Assembly (NCBI RefSeq): GCF_009914755.1
Contig: NC_060925.1
Strand: one strand, 5' to 3'
DNA: 64,000 bases
DNA from: the human T2T-CHM13v2.0 reference genome, Homo sapiens
Shown in pieces: positions 1 to 14,535 of this stretch. The notes below the pieces were generated by a model. It ran no database searches. It was given only the letters and a program-made list of their open reading frames with translations, and was not told the origin of the DNA. The stretch's first letter is position 1. The number at the start of each line of letters is the position of its first letter. Made by a program: the position numbers and the translations under genes.

Positions 1-1604
1 TAATGTAATGTACCTTCAAGAAAAGATGGGAAGGGTCTGCTCTCAGGGATATGGACCAGAGAGAAAGTCCAACCCTAAGACGTAAAGGTGATTATTAACA
101 AAAGGAAGGAGTCAAATTAGAACAACCCAGTTACTTACCCTGTTGTCTTTCCTTGATCATTCTCTACATGTGGCTCACAACTACATCCAAGGTAGATGCA
201 CCAGAATCTTGAAGGAGTAGGTGTTCAGTGACAAAACGTTTCCCAGGAAATTTGAGCATCTATCTCCACGGTTGAGAAACTTTTGCTTTAGACCTGCAAT
301 TTAATCATTTCTAAAGTTTCAGGTTTAAGGAATTTTACAGCAGTTGGTGAACCCAAGCAGCCATTTAGGGAAGACTGTAGTGCATAGGCAGGAACTACCT
401 ATAAATAGTCACTGCTTTTCCAGGATTATTCCTTTGATTCAGATGTTTTCTTAGTTGAAGAGAAAAATCAGCTACCTCACCTTTGTCATCCTTTCCAAGG
501 CTTGCCTTGGATGTGCCATGATTTGGAGAAATTTTTGGAAGTCTTAGACCATGCTTGTGCTCCCTCCACCCCACCCCATGTCCTGTTCTGTTCCATTCCT
601 TTTTTTCTGGCCGTGCTCCAGGAACTCCAGTTACTCTACAAAATGTCGTAACTGGGTGTGATGTAGCACTGAAGAATCACATTATGCCTGTCTCCAAAGA
701 AGGGTGAAATTTCATTTTCCTCACAATTAAGGAAATAAACAAATGCCATATTTTTCTCATTTTATTATGCACATATTAAGAAAGGAAAAGGAACTCACTA
801 AAGAACATTGAGATATTTGTTGTTTCTAATGTGGAAAACTGAAGTAAAGTAAAGCTACAAAAGCCTCAGAATAACATTCATTTTTCTTGCAAATGATGTT
901 TAACTGAGGTCTCGTTCACAAATTGCATAAAAGCAGAATTTATTAATATTTTCTTCATTTTTAAAAAAGTAGGGCTTTGTTTTCAAGCACAAACAGGACA
1001 TCTAAATCTATTAATAATTAAAAATCTAAATGTTATCATTATCAGAAACTAAGCAAAACTGAAACTCCTTTATAAAACATGCTACTTAAAGATGCAAGAG
1101 AGCTGCCTGATAAAAATCAATCAAAATAAGTCCAGAAGTGTTTTTTCTTCTTAAGAAAAAAAAATGATGTAATTGGTAATTACAAAGCCAGAATAGAACA
1201 TAATAGCTACTCTTTAAATAGTTGATTAAGGTTCAATGAGTTTCTCTATAGTGTTCTGAAAAAAGGTGACTATTTAGTAAGCAAAGGAGAAGACCTTCTG
1301 AGATAAGCAAATAGAATTAGGTAAAGACATTTTCTAATTTATATCCAGGAGGGAAAAAAATCTCATCCTCTCGGCCACTCACTTTACAAATCAGTTTCAT
1401 TAAAAAACTAAAATAAATTCAGTATTTGCAAAGATGTAATGGTTCAGATCCGTGCTTTCTTTCCCAAAGATCACATATGTTTTGTTTTCAAATCATTAAT
1501 TGAAGGCACAATAAAATGAATTCTTGAAAATTCTTTGATATAATTTGTATGCTATTTTAACCCAACACTAAGTAAAATTTGCTTTCTTGGTATTTCTTTT
1601 AATT

Positions 1605-1660
1605 CTTTCATTTATTCTACAAATATTTACTGAATATACACAATGTTCTAGGCACTATGG
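1605..1660 (-). mobile_element. L2 LINE 3' end remnant
   Basis: TTCATTTATTCTACAAATATTTACTGAAT...TGTTCTAGGCACTATG resembles the reverse complement of the L2 3' terminus. Confidence 0.6.
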
Positions 1661-2259
1661 TCAGAATTCTTTTAAAAAACACAATTTAATTTTGCTTTAT
1701 ACAAAAGGGTTAAGAGTGAAGACATTTTTCCTCTCATAATCATGGAAAGATATAACTTCTTTTTTATCTTTTTTATGCTGAATTTTTTTGGCATAAACAT
1801 ATTTTCACTTGTGACAAAAGAAAATAAGTTTAATTCTCACCACTGACAAAAAAATATAAAGACAGCTTTTTAAGTTCTTGTCTTACATTTGATTATCACT
1901 TGCTTTGCCTTGCAGGGTGCTCAGCACTAAAAGGGAATATATTTATTTTCATTTCTTCCCACTTTCCCTTACACTGTTCCTACTGCTCTCCTTTCTAGGA
2001 CCTTTGCTAAGAATGCTTATCTGGCTAAATACAAGCAAACAACCATATTGGCAAACATGAAGCTAAGGTCTACTTAAATATGTTAATTTCTCCAGTCTAT
2101 TTATTGGAAATCCACAATATCAATGGCAGAGATCACCCTAATTGTGATCTTCTTGGGCTACTGAAGAAGTCTTATTTTAGTTTTGCTTAACTGAGAGAAA
2201 ACTAAATTTAAACAATTATATTTAGATGCCAAACCTACCAACTAAACCAACAAACCAAC

Positions 2260-2933
2260 CACTATAGTTTGAATGTGTTCCCCAAATTTCATGTGTTAAA
2301 AACTTAGTCCCCAATTTCATATGTTGATTGGAGGTAGACCCTTTGGGGGTTAATTGGGATTAAATGAGGTCATAAGGTTAGGACCTCTATAATTGAACCA
2401 GTGGCTTTATAAGAAAAGAAAGAGGGACCTGAGCTAATACACATGCTCTTGCCCTCTCACTATGTGATGTCTTCCACCATGTTATCAGGTAGCAAGGAGG
2501 CCCTCACCAGATGCTGGCACCATACTTTTGGACTTCCCAGCCTTCAAAACTATAAGAAATAGGCCAGACACAGTTGCTCACGCATGTAATCTTGGCACTT
2601 TGAGGGGCTGAAGCAAGAGGATCACTTGAGCCCAGGAGTTCAAGACCAGCCTAGGAAACATAGTGAGACCTGGACTCTACCAAAAAATTAAAAAATTAGC
2701 CAGGAATGGTGGCACTCTCCTGTAGTCCCAACTACTCAGGAGGCTGATGTGGGAGGATCACTTGAGACTGGAAGATCGAGGCTGCGGTGAGCTGTGATCC
2801 ACTGCACTCCAGCCTGGGCTACAAAGCAAGACCCTGTCTCAAAAAAGAAAGAAGGAATAAAATAAATGTATTGTCTTTATACATTTTCCAGTCTGCAGTA
2901 TTCTGTTATAGAAATGCAAAGTGGACTAAGTCA
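2260..2933 (+). mobile_element. MST-family (MSTB/MSTD-like) MaLR solo LTR, interrupted by an AluJ
   Basis: Starts CTATAGTTTGAATGTG, ends GGACTAAGTCA; 5-bp TSD CCAAC at 2255-2259 and 2934-2938. Confidence 0.85.
2562..2856 (+). mobile_element. AluJ (Jo-like)
   Basis: Two arms, both with GGATCACTTGAG; A-rich linker and tail; inserted into the LTR's A-rich poly(A)-signal region. Confidence 0.9.
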
Positions 2934-3371
2934 CCAACCAATTTAAAGGAGGCTGAAGATCCAACTGGATGGCATCATGATAGGTTGATGAGGGTGCTGA
3001 AAAGATGGTGAGTTGAAGAAGATACCAAGTTCCTTCTTATAATCGGATTTTGCAAATCAGTCATGGAGAATGTGTTGACAGTTTTTTTTTTAAGATGTTT
3101 GCAATTGGGTGGGGCTGAAATTTTATGTGATTGGTGTGTGTGGATATGTACTCCCAAGAGTCTTCATATTAAACTCTGAACTTCAACTTTCTTGTATCCA
3201 TTTCCCTTCCTCTCTCCCTCCTTTGATCTCTCCCTTCCTTTCTTCCTGATTCTCATTTACTGACAAAAAATACTATTCCTGTTTTATAAAGATGAAAATA
3301 TTTTTGGAGGGGATATCTCCAGGAATTAGAAAGATGTTAATAAACTTGTCCTTAAAGTGGTCAAAGGAGTA

Positions 3372-3600
3372 AGTTTAGTTGTTAAAAGCAAGAATTTGGA
3401 AGTCAGGCGGACCTAGGTTCGAGTCCCTATTCTATCACTTGGTATCTGTGTGGCCTTTAGCAATTGACTTATCCTCTCTAAATATCTGTTTCTTCCTCTG
3501 TAAAATACAGATAATAATGGTATTTACCTTGTAGGCTTGTTGTAAGAATTAAATGATACAAAGCATCACTGAGCTTGTTGTAAGAGCTAGATAAATATTT
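3372..3600 (+). mobile_element. MIR SINE
   Basis: GACCTAGGTTCGAGTCCC B-box-like region followed by the MIR core TGTTTCTTCCTCTGTAAAATACAGATAATAAT. Confidence 0.85.
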
Positions 3601-3734
3601 TCAAACACTTTTGAAGAGCTATGATACAAAGTACATGAGCGCTTGAAAAAGTACCTTGGAAATAGATGCCAGGCATGTGTACATGAAGTTTTTCTGCCAT
3701 TTACTGTCTTCAGATGTCAGAGTACATGACGTAT

Positions 3735-3832
3735 TCGTTGTTGTAGTTCCAGTATTAAGTACTGTTTCCAAAACCATAGTAGACATTCAGTAAGTCTTTG
3801 CTCAATGAATGAGTGAATGAATAAATAAATGA
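3735..3832 (+). mobile_element. L2 3' end
   Basis: CATAGTAGACATTCAGTAAGT...AATGAATGAGTGAATGAAT terminal repeat. Confidence 0.65.
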
Positions 3833-5646
3833 TCTAGAATAGCAAATAAATCTCATCTTCAGTGCCAAGTCTTATTAATTAGTAGGGTTCAGGAAGAATT
3901 ATTGGGTGCATATGTGCTAAGCTTGCACCAATCAATTTGACAGGTCTATCTAGCTAGGGCATAGGCACAGGGAGAGGCAGCATGAATACTACATATGCAT
4001 TGATTGAGGCCTCAGCCCTTAATTTAAGAAAGGGAAGATACCAGAAAATTGGAATTAAGGAGATGGTATTTCCATTTGTGTCCACTTGCTTTTAATTAGA
4101 AGAGTGAAGTAATTTTCCACATTCACCTCCAAAAGACCTGTATCAGAAAAAGTTGTGTTGGTCACAATCTTAAGGTCTTTTGTGCAAACTATGAGCACTT
4201 CTTCTCTCCTCCTATGTCTTTTAGGTGCAGAGAAACAGATGTTCCCAACTCTTCCCATTATTTGTAGCTCCCATTTTATTCAGATATTGAAGCATCTTGC
4301 ATACAATTTGCCACTTGACAAATCTTATTCTATTAAGCTAGATTAGAATTACCAGTTGAGATTTTAAACACTAAAAACATGCCATCATTGGAACTCTTAT
4401 TCACAGTTCTTAGCATCGGTTCAGGTATTTCTATTTGGGGAATATTCACAGGTGAGACTGAAGGATAGCTATAGTTGAGAACTATTAGTATTCAAAATAC
4501 TTTTCTTTGAATTCATTTGATTTATGGCTTCAAATATTCTTATTTGTGAATCCTTAATTTTCTTTTTTTTAAAATAAGAGTAACATTATCAAGTTACTAT
4601 GAGAATCAGAGGCAATTTTAATTCTAGACACTTCATAAGTGCTCAATAAAATGCAAATTAATCTTTGTGCCACTAAATAGATGTTGTAAGGAAGATGTAA
4701 TTCTAAATCTGAAGGGATTTGAGGCATTTGGAAAAATACAATGTTATTAACAAAATATACAGTCCTTTAAATCTATTAAATTCTAGTGGTTTACCCAAAA
4801 TGATCATGGAATTAGATATTTTAATTAATTTACTTCCCTGGGCTAGTCAGAAAATAAATTTTGATTTAATTCTCATTGCTGAAAAGATTCCCAAAATCTA
4901 ATAATCTTTTCTGTCTTAAAAAAGTCTCCTATAGTGTACATAACAGAATCAGTTTTGACAATTGCAATATCCCAGTGTTATCATTCAGAACAAAACATTT
5001 CCATTGTGCCAAAGTGTCACCATTGTTTACTGAAGATGACTAAGGTGAAATATTCAGACACTCAGGACCTATTTGAGAGGTTGTTTTATTGCTTTTTGTT
5101 TGGGTCTTTATTTCTAACATAAACCATTTTTCCATTCATATCTTGTAGTAACCTTGAAGAGTTCTTATGTGAAATAGTCTTGTGAAATAACATCTGATAT
5201 CAGTCCTAAAGAACTCTCTCTTCTATTTGGACCTTTTAAGTTGTACCCCCAGCCAAAAAGTAAAATCAAATAGGACTGCTTCTTTAATAGATGTTATCAC
5301 TTTGGGCTATGTTCTAGAGAGGACAGGAGTAGAGAGACTGAATCTCCTCTATTTTAAGCTGTGTGCTTTGGACACTATTGGTAGGCCATTGTTTATACTC
5401 CTTATAGTAAAATAGTCACCCTCTTTTAATAATACTTGCTTCACCACATTCTCATAAAGATGAAGTGTGCTAACATTGGTAAAACATGAAAGGGCTAGGT
5501 CCCTCACTACTTGTTTACTAATTTATCTCCAATGCCAAGAAGAGTCCTTGAGGGAATATTTGTGGTGTGAATGAATAAATATTATTCTTCCTTTCCTCAC
5601 CATCTGAGTCACCATAGCGCTTTTACTGTTCCTTTATAATGGTATT

Positions 5647-6016
5647 CGTATTAGTCCGTTCTCTCAATGCTATAAAGAACTACCTGAAACTGGCTAATTT
5701 ACAAAGAAAAGAGGTTTAATTGGCTCACCGGTCTGCAGGCTGTACAGGAAGCATGACTGGAGAGGCCTCAGGAAACTTAGAAAAAGCGAAGGGGAAGCAG
5801 GCACATCCCAAGTGGCTGGAGCAGGAAGGAGAGGGGGAAGAAGGAGATGCTACACACTTTTAAACAAACAGATCTCATGAGAACTCACTGTCATGAGAAC
5901 AGCAAGGGAAAAGTCCACCCCCAGATCCAATCACTTCCCACCAGGCCCCTCCACGAACATTGGGGATTAAAATTTGACATGAGATTTGGGCGAGAACACA
6001 AATCCAAACCATATAA
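5647..6016 (-). mobile_element. MSTA-like MaLR solo LTR
   Basis: GTATTAGTCCGTTCT...CAAACCATAT termini; 5-bp TSD GTATT at 5642-5646 and 6017-6021. Confidence 0.9.
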
Positions 6017-7016
6017 GTATTCATTATGTTCTCCACTATAAACTAGTTAGTTATGTAACTCTTGTATTATGCAATTAGCTCCCTTAGCACAGGCCTCACT
6101 AATGTCTCTCATAAATTTGTTCCTCCACAGAACACAGCATAGTATGTGACATAAAGGCTTGATGACTGTGTTGAATGAATGTATGTTGTAAGTAAACCCA
6201 ACTACATAAGTAGTGTATGTAATGAATGCTTATTATTTTTATAAATGATCTTGACTAATAATAGAAATTCTCCACTGCAAATCTTGCTGAATTTAGCAAA
6301 AAGATTATTACTGATAGTATCTTATATTTTTCTTTCAACCTTCTTGAATAGCACTGCATGTTTTTTAAATTCTAAACACGTATGGTGACTGTTTTAATGA
6401 TATTTAAAGTCACACAAATATGTGAGACCTATTATAATAGAATTCTTTGAGAACCGAAAGGTATTCTAAGTAGTACAGTTTTTTCTTTTTGCAGAATGCC
6501 GCCAGCATTAGGCTCAATGGGAAAGATGGTGAAATTGGGTTGATTCCTTATTTTTAGCCTCTGTTAGATGATTGTAATTCATTATTTGCTAGGTTACCTG
6601 AGGGTATACTTCATCAACGCTCATGCATTTAGAATGCTGCTGCTTATGTCTCCTGGGATCCAGGCTTTCCCAGCCTATCACTCCTCCTGAAATCTCCCCA
6701 CTGCCTCCCAAAGAAGTAGTGTGTCAATATTATGTTTTTATTGATAGCCACACAATTCACGTTCCACTTCTTTCCCTAAACTTTTTTCATTATGTGATTG
6801 TATCTGCTGGCTTAGGCCTTTTATGCTAGCCATTTATTTTGCCCCCAAGCATCTGGCCTTTAAAAATATAATGCATTTTACTGGCTTATTGAATAAGAGA
6901 TATATGGCTTTGCTGGTAGTCAGGCATGCTGTGCTTACACACTCTGAATATTACTAAAGTATTTCGGCTTCCTTAATACTTTGTTAATTCTCATAATGGC
7001 CTGCCAAATTTCCTAG

Positions 7017-7367
<351 letters not shown>

Positions 7368-8054
7368 TAAGGCTGAAGACTCTGATACCTTAGGAAATGC
7401 TATAATACATAACTCACACCATCAATTTTCAGATGCAAAGTTCTTTTACATAATGGTAAAGTGATAATTCTAATAAAAAAGAAAGTTTTTAAAAAGATTT
7501 GACTCTGTCTCATATTCTCATCCATAAACTAAAGATTAATAACTTAGAAAGCATTATTCTAAAATGTGACTTCACAACAAGACAATTATAAATTAAGAGA
7601 AAGGAGTAATTATTTTCAGCTAATCTAGAGAACATGCTTTAAGTGTGGTCAATTGAGTAAAAAACTAATATTTGATACTTATCAATATATATCTGAAAAT
7701 ACTATTTTACCTGATTATTTGAGACACATTTTCAAATTATTAAAACTACAGGGAAAAGTTGCTCCACTTCAAAGGTATCAATAGAGTTCATAACTTTGAT
7801 ATTTTAAAAACACTCACTGGAAAGTGTTCATCCAAAATGATACATATCTAAAAATCAGTACCAGGCTCTATAGTTATAATATGAGGGAAATAGGCACCAC
7901 TTTAAGAAATTTTAAAAAAGAACAAGAAGTCAGAGTCGGAGCACTAAAGGTGAATCAGCTATAAGTAGGATGTGATTCCCCAATTAGCTCTTTAGTGCCT
8001 TAATAACAGCGTTTTTAACACTTGTTACAATGTCTAGTAAAGGTTTTTGTGCTC

Positions 8055-8165
8055 ATCTTCTCCCATTAAACTGTGAGCTTATCATGTGCACAAGACTTTT
8101 ATTCATCATTATATCTGCAGCACCTAACCCAGTGTCTACCACAGGGTGGCTTTGTGTTAATTTAT
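8055..8165 (+). mobile_element. L2 3' remnant
   Basis: CCCATTAAACTGTGAGCTT...TTCATCATTATATCTGCAGCACCTAACCCAGTGTCT. Confidence 0.65.
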
Positions 8166-8199
8166 TATTATTAATAATTAGAATAACTAAGGTAAAATA

Positions 8200-8400
8200 T
8201 AACAATAAAATTTAATTTAAGGATGTATTAACAGGGAAGTAAAAGCAAGAACTGAGAAATAATTAGTACACCACAGTTGGCATTTGATAGGATCTTCCAA
8301 ACCTTATTTGCAGTTTCAGAATAGAATTTGTAAGAATAATATTGAGAAACTTGATAGGCTAGAAAGAAGACAACATAGCTCTTTGGAAAGAAGTGAAGCT
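8200..8400 (+). mobile_element. L3/CR1 LINE remnant (RT C-terminal region)
   Basis: Translation LQFQNRICKNNIEKLDRLERRQ parallels the CR1 motif VQFWAPHFKKDIDKLERVQRRA; upstream TTAAGGATGTATTAACAG parallels the LGCINR codons. Confidence 0.65.
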
Positions 8401-8564
8401 TATATAGTGATTAACTCCTCCAAAATAATAGGGAAATTCCTATGGAATTTTGCTATAGGGATTTGTAAAAGGGCAAGACCCTTAATTCCCAGGTTTCAAA
8501 TGTTTGTCTACTTAGCTGTTAAGATTAATTTTTAAGTAGACTTTAAATTAATGATACTACTTTC

Positions 8565-8978
8565 TATATCAGTTAGAATCAAGTTAGGCTGCCAGTAATA
8601 AAGAACCCAACCCCATTTGCCCCAAAAGTGGCTTAAACAAGATAAACATTTATTTCTCTATTAGGTAAACATGCCCACAGTTAGTTCCATGCTTAGCCTC
8701 ACTTTCAGAAGAGATCTAGGTTCATTCTAGCTTGCCTACCATCTTTAGCATATTGACTATGATTTAAAGTGGCTGGTCAAATTGGTAATAATTATATTTA
8801 CATTCCAACAAGTACAACCAATGAGGGGACCAAGAGGGGCCTCTCCTTTCCCTTAAGGAGACTTCTTGGAATTAGCACATAAAAGTCTTGCTTGTATCTC
8901 ATTAGCTACGTTCTCTTTCTGTTAATGAGAAGGAAGATCAGCTACATATTGAGAGGCAACCAGCAATTTCTGTGACAT
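8565..8978 (-). mobile_element. MLT1J/K/L-like old MaLR LTR
   Basis: TATCAGTTAG...GTGGCTTAAACAAGATAAACATTTATTTCTC at one end and GGCAACCAGCAATTTCTGTGACA at the other. Confidence 0.7.
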
Positions 8979-9095
8979 GGTAAAACAAACAAACAAACAA
9001 AAAACATACACTCTTGGTTAAAAAAAAAAGCATAGAAATAGTGTAGAAGGATACAGGTACGAAGCTGAAATTTTCCTCTCACTTTAATAAACATC

Positions 9096-9640
9096 TGTCA
9101 TAGTCTGCTTACAATTTTTTGAATAATCTTTTCTCCTAAGAGTTCCTGACTCTTGTTTTTATTTTGCTGAGAAAAAACGAACAAACCTGTAGTTTGTAGG
9201 CTTCCCTTTGGCCAGCGCTTAAATATATGATGGAAGCTTAATCAATTGAATGCATCTGTGTGAAGCTGTGATTCAGAACTGAGTTATATGGGGAAAGAGG
9301 TAGAGTTCAGGGCATCCATTTGCTAGAACAGATGTGGCAGAAGCTTCATGGTTCTGGAGTCAATGGCTGTAATGGCAACTTCCTGATTCAGTGCTTCCTG
9401 ATTGTGGTGCTGTAAATACATGTAAATGTGTTTCACGTGTTTCTGGCAGTGTGGCTCTGGAGCTGACAGCTGTGGAGGCAGCTTTATGACTCAGCAGCAA
9501 CTTAATTGTGGCAGAGACAGCATCTCTGTTAAGTTGGCCAGTTCTGCAGTGTGTCTGGAAGTCTTTTAGGAATCTTCAGTCTAGGAGATCTATCTTCATC
9601 TTCTGCAGGGATTCCTTCAACCTAAGAAATTAAACCTACC
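9096..9640 (+). mobile_element. LTR33-like ERVL LTR
   Basis: TGTCATAGT start, CAATTGAATGCATCTGTGTGA, repeated GCAGCTT/CTTCCTGATT motifs. Confidence 0.6.
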
Positions 9641-9644
9641 AATA

Positions 9645-12500
9645 GAGTCACCGCCCCCTTGCAAACCTCCTGAATCTTTCCTCTCTACAACTCACTTCCT
9701 TTCCCACCAAGATAATTACTATCTTGAATTTGGTGTTTTCATTTCCATACATATACATTTTTAACCTATGTATATCTTAAGTATATAGTATGTATATAAT
9801 ATTCTTTTATCTGGCTTTACTCATATATGAATGACATCATTCTTCAAGTATTCTTCTGTAGTTTTTATCAATTTCACATTATGTTTATGAGATTTATCCA
9901 TATTCATTCATGTAACTTTGGCTAATTGATTTTCACTGTGGCATAGCATTATATAAATTTAATATAATACATTATCTAGCTCATGTTAATGGAAAATTAG
10001 TTTCCAATATTTGCTATTATAAACAATTCTACTAAGAAGTCACCTTTTTAAAATATATGTGTCTGTTTGCTTACACAAATAAGAGTTTATTTATGGTGTA
10101 CACCTAGGGATGGTTTGCTGGGCTAGGGTATTTACACCTTCAAATTTATTAGTTACCACAACATTTTTCTTCAAGGTGGTTGCATGAGTTTATATTCCTA
10201 TGAACAGTATATTAGTGTTGCCCTTTATCCACTTTTTTTGCCAACACATGATATTGTCAGAGTTCTTAAGTTTTGCCAAACAATAGGTGTGAAAGGTATT
10301 TCATTGTGCTTTTAATTGACATTTCTCTCATTATCACTGAGGTAAATCATCTTTTAATAGGTTTATTGGCCATTTGAGATTAAAAACCTTGGTAAATTTC
10401 TTATTTATATCCTTTTCTCATTTTTTCATTGAGTTGATTTGTAAGAAGGCTTTTTAGTATTCTGGATAATGATCTTTTTCTGTTTTATTTGTTGCAAGTA
10501 TCTTTTCCCAAGTCTAGGACTTGCCTTTTATTTTAAAATTATATCTTTTCACTTACAAAAGTTTTAAAATGATAATGCTATTGAACTTGTCAATAACATT
10601 TTCTATGGCTTTGTGTCTTGTTTTAAAAAGTTTCTCTGTTGAAGTCACAAAAATATCCCCTATATTACCCTTTAAAAGTTTTATAGTTTTGCCTATAAAA
10701 CATTAAGGCGATGCATTAGTCAGTATAATCAGAGAAGTAGAACCACCAGGAATAATGTAGATTTATTTATTTAGGAACTTGATCTTTTATCGCTGTAGAA
10801 TCTGGTAAAATAGTCTTGGTTCTGTTTTCTTCTGCATCTGATACTTAGCATAAAGTCACAGGTCAGGCAGTAGGAAAAGGACAGATGTGAAATGGGGAGA
10901 GCTGGCAAAAACCAAAACTGTGAGGAACAAGCTGCAATCTGCCTTCCTTTCTTATTGAGTCAGCATTGGCCTTTTCTCATCTCCAAGCCACCAACCTTGA
11001 AGCTGAGGATGATCTATAGGACATGCTGGCTATCACTCTTGTTACAGAACTGCAATAGCACCTGACCCAAGTTGTGGAAAAGGTAATTTAAAAATATCCC
11101 ATGGGAGGTGGAGGATTTATGGACTCAGGTGCTTCCTTTGCCAAAAAGATTGGCCAGTAGATGGCAAAAAAAATGTGCATGAGCCACAAGAAGGCCTAAC
11201 CTACATTGAATTTCAGGGAGTACATATAGTCACTGTTCTCATCTTCCTTTCAAATCACAAGCAAGTTTCTTTGGTGGTCATAACAAACCACTAAAAACGT
11301 ACAGAAAAGAAAATTCTAGAAAACATAATTCAAATTTGCCAAGCTGACTCTTTACGAAGCCATACACAGAATTTTTGTGCATTGTATAGCATAGCAATTA
11401 AAATTTATTTCTTTTTTCATCCGGATAACCCCAGATCAATTATTGAATTTGCCATTCTACTACCCACTGATTTTCAATGCCACTTTGTCATACATTAAAA
11501 TTCATTATATATTTTGTTCTTCTGTGACACAGTGTTTATTTTGTTCCACTACTATTTGTTAACGTCTGTGCTAGCTTTTTATAAAACATAGTATTTAGTA
11601 GCAAATAATATAGCATTTGCAAACTAGCGAAATATTGCTGATTCCAAATCTTTGTATTACTTCCAGTGGATATAGCAAAGGTGGACCGTATTGTAAGTTG
11701 TTTGTAAAATGTTCTATATCTTAAAAAGATATATAACATAAAATACATCAAAGAAAAAAGTATATTTATTGTGAGAGAAAATATATGTTGTAAACATAAA
11801 GTTTTATAGCTGCAAAAAATGGCACAGTTTTAATTGCTATTCTTTGTCCTTATATCTATGGTAAGATAAATCCCACCACCTTACTTATTTTCTTCAGGTA
11901 TGTCTTTGCATAATCTGTTCCTTTGCTCTTACATATACATTTTAGAATATTCATGATGTTGAGCTATTGAACATATAAACATGATATAACTCTCCAAATA
12001 TTTAGTCCTCCTTTAATGCTTTCAATAAAATGTCATAATATTCTTTCTTAAGGTCATATATATACTTACTCTTAAATACTTTTTAAATGTTGTTATTGAA
12101 ATAATATGTTTAAAAATGATACTCTGTATTTTTAAATTAATTTCTGATCTAGTAACTTTTTAAAACTTTTTGTTAACTCTATTTGTCTATAGATTTTCTT
12201 GAATTTTATATATATGAAATGAACACTTCTACAAATAAAGGCTGTCTTGGTTTTTCGTTAAGTTATTATTCTTACAATAGTAAATTATAACAAATATAAC
12301 ATATTTATATTATGTGTTATATAATACATAATATAAATAAAAACAAATATTGTTTATTATCTTTCTACATAGCTCAAGACCTCCATAATGTTAAGTATAA
12401 GTTTTGATGTTTGCATCAAAGTTTGAGAACTGACCTTGTTTTACACCAGATTTACCTGTGTTCATTATTGAAAAATGTTACCCATAATCTATTTGCACAA
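9645..12500 (-). mobile_element. Old L1ME-type 3' UTR/ORF2 fragment, split by an MLT2 LTR
   Basis: Degenerate antisense L1 motifs, e.g. GGTATTTCATTGTGCTTTTAATTGACATTTCTCT; resumes after 11366. Confidence 0.75.
10712..11366 (-). mobile_element. MLT2F/E-like ERVL LTR
   Basis: TGCATTAGTCAG...GTAGAACCACCAGG at one end and AATTCTAGAAAACATAATTC...GCCAAGCTGAC at the other. Confidence 0.7.
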
Positions 12501-12511
12501 CTGCTTAATTA

Positions 12512-12840
<329 letters not shown>

Positions 12841-13749
12841 TAGAGAGTGATATTTTAATTCAGCAGAATCACATTTTTTTTTGTTTGTGAAAGATGGTGT
12901 TTTTTAAAAATCAGAGATGTGTATACAATTGAACAGTTGTCATTTTTTTGCAGCTATAAAACTTTACAAAAACATATTTTCTTTCATGATAAATACACCT
13001 TTTTATGTGATGTATTTTATATTATATATCTCTCTGGATAAGAAACATTTTACAAACAATTTATAATAGAGTCTATGTATACATAGAATTGGAAATCAGT
13101 AATATTTTGCTAGCTGGCAAATGTTATATTATTTGGTAGTAAGATACTACATGTTTCATAAAAAGCTATAGGTTGCTTGAAGTTTGGACTTGTTAAATTG
13201 TTCATAGTTCACACAGTACATCCTTTTAAGTGTTAAGCATCACTTTGAAAATATGGCATATTGACCCTCTTTGTATCTAGAGATGCAATTAAAAATAATG
13301 GCCTAAATATTCAAGTAGTAGAGAATGTTGGCAACATGACTCTGAGGCTATTCATTTGACCTTCTTTTGTGGCTTTCAGGCATGCAATTTGTTTCCAAAT
13401 AGATGGCATGCTGAATATCTGCAGTCATGTAATTTTTTCCCTGACAATTAACAAGATATAGAAGGAGAAAACTTTTATTAAGAGAGATTCCAACTAGGCT
13501 ACTATCCAAAGATCAATAACATCGAGTGTTTCTACAATGTAAATATGCTCTAAGCCCATCTCTAGGGACTGGGGAGAGATCAGCTTTATATAAACAGGTT
13601 TTTTTATTTGACGAGTAGAGAATAGATGAAAAAATGTGCTATAGTTCTTTACAGAGTGTTTCTGGGGTTTGGGAATGACGTGCAGATATAATCAATTAAT
13701 AGACGGCTACTTTAGTTAAGTATTCTATAATCTTATAAACCTGGGAAAG

Positions 13750-14037
13750 ATTCTGGCTAAATATTCTCCAGTGTCAACTGAAATGTCAGAAAAGTCTTTT
13801 CTGACCATTCATATTAAGTGCCCCATTTTATAATCTCATAATATCTTCTCCTTTGTAGAGTTTATCATGGTTTTAATTCAAAAAAGAAGTATTTTTTGTT
13901 TAATTTCAGATCACATAAATAATTGTTAACTCCAAAGAACACAAACATGTCTATTGTTCTGACTAATATAATTTGAGAAATTGACACAGTGGTTGCTTAA
14001 TAAATATATAAATAAATGAACAAATGATGAATAAATA
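13750..14037 (+). mobile_element. L2 3' region
   Basis: CAACTGAAATGTCA...TTTTCTGACCA and a terminal GCTTAATAAATAT...AATGAACAAATGATGAAT. Confidence 0.65.
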
Positions 14038-14498
14038 ACCACGGTTATTTCTTGAGAAATAAATATGTAACTGCCTTTAATTACAACAACATAAGGTTTT
14101 GGACTTAACATAAGCACAAACAGAGATTTATTGGATGGACATGGCATCTCACACAATCAAAGGAAATTCTGAGGCAGCATTCAGGACAGCTTTAGGAGTC
14201 TAGGACGTGGAAACCAACAGTCTGCAAAAGACACTGCTATCAAAATGAATCAACCATGTTCAGTTTTCCTGTCACTGTGAATAAGATTAAAATTCCAAGG
14301 AGGAAAAAAATAATTCTCTCTGAAAAATTCAGAGACTCAAAAAGGAATTTAATTTTTTTTCTCTCTCTCCTCTCCTGTCTCCCTCCCTCCTTCCTTTCAG
14401 TTTTATATTTACTAGCATATTTACCATTTCCCTGCTTTTTATTTCTTTCAAATTTGAGTTACCATCTGCTGTAATTTCCTTTCAGCCTGAAGGACGTC

Positions 14499-14500
14499 TT

Positions 14501-14535
<35 letters not shown>

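Noticed and set aside
131-293. Possible minus-strand exon ending in a consensus donor GG|GTAAGT (138-133)
   Set aside because: The candidate acceptor near 294 has no polypyrimidine tract; a single donor match is expected by chance in 64 kb
6479-6535. Strong plus-strand acceptor followed by a 34-nt candidate exon
   Set aside because: Weak donor (GTGAAA), no recognisable protein similarity, no transcript evidence available
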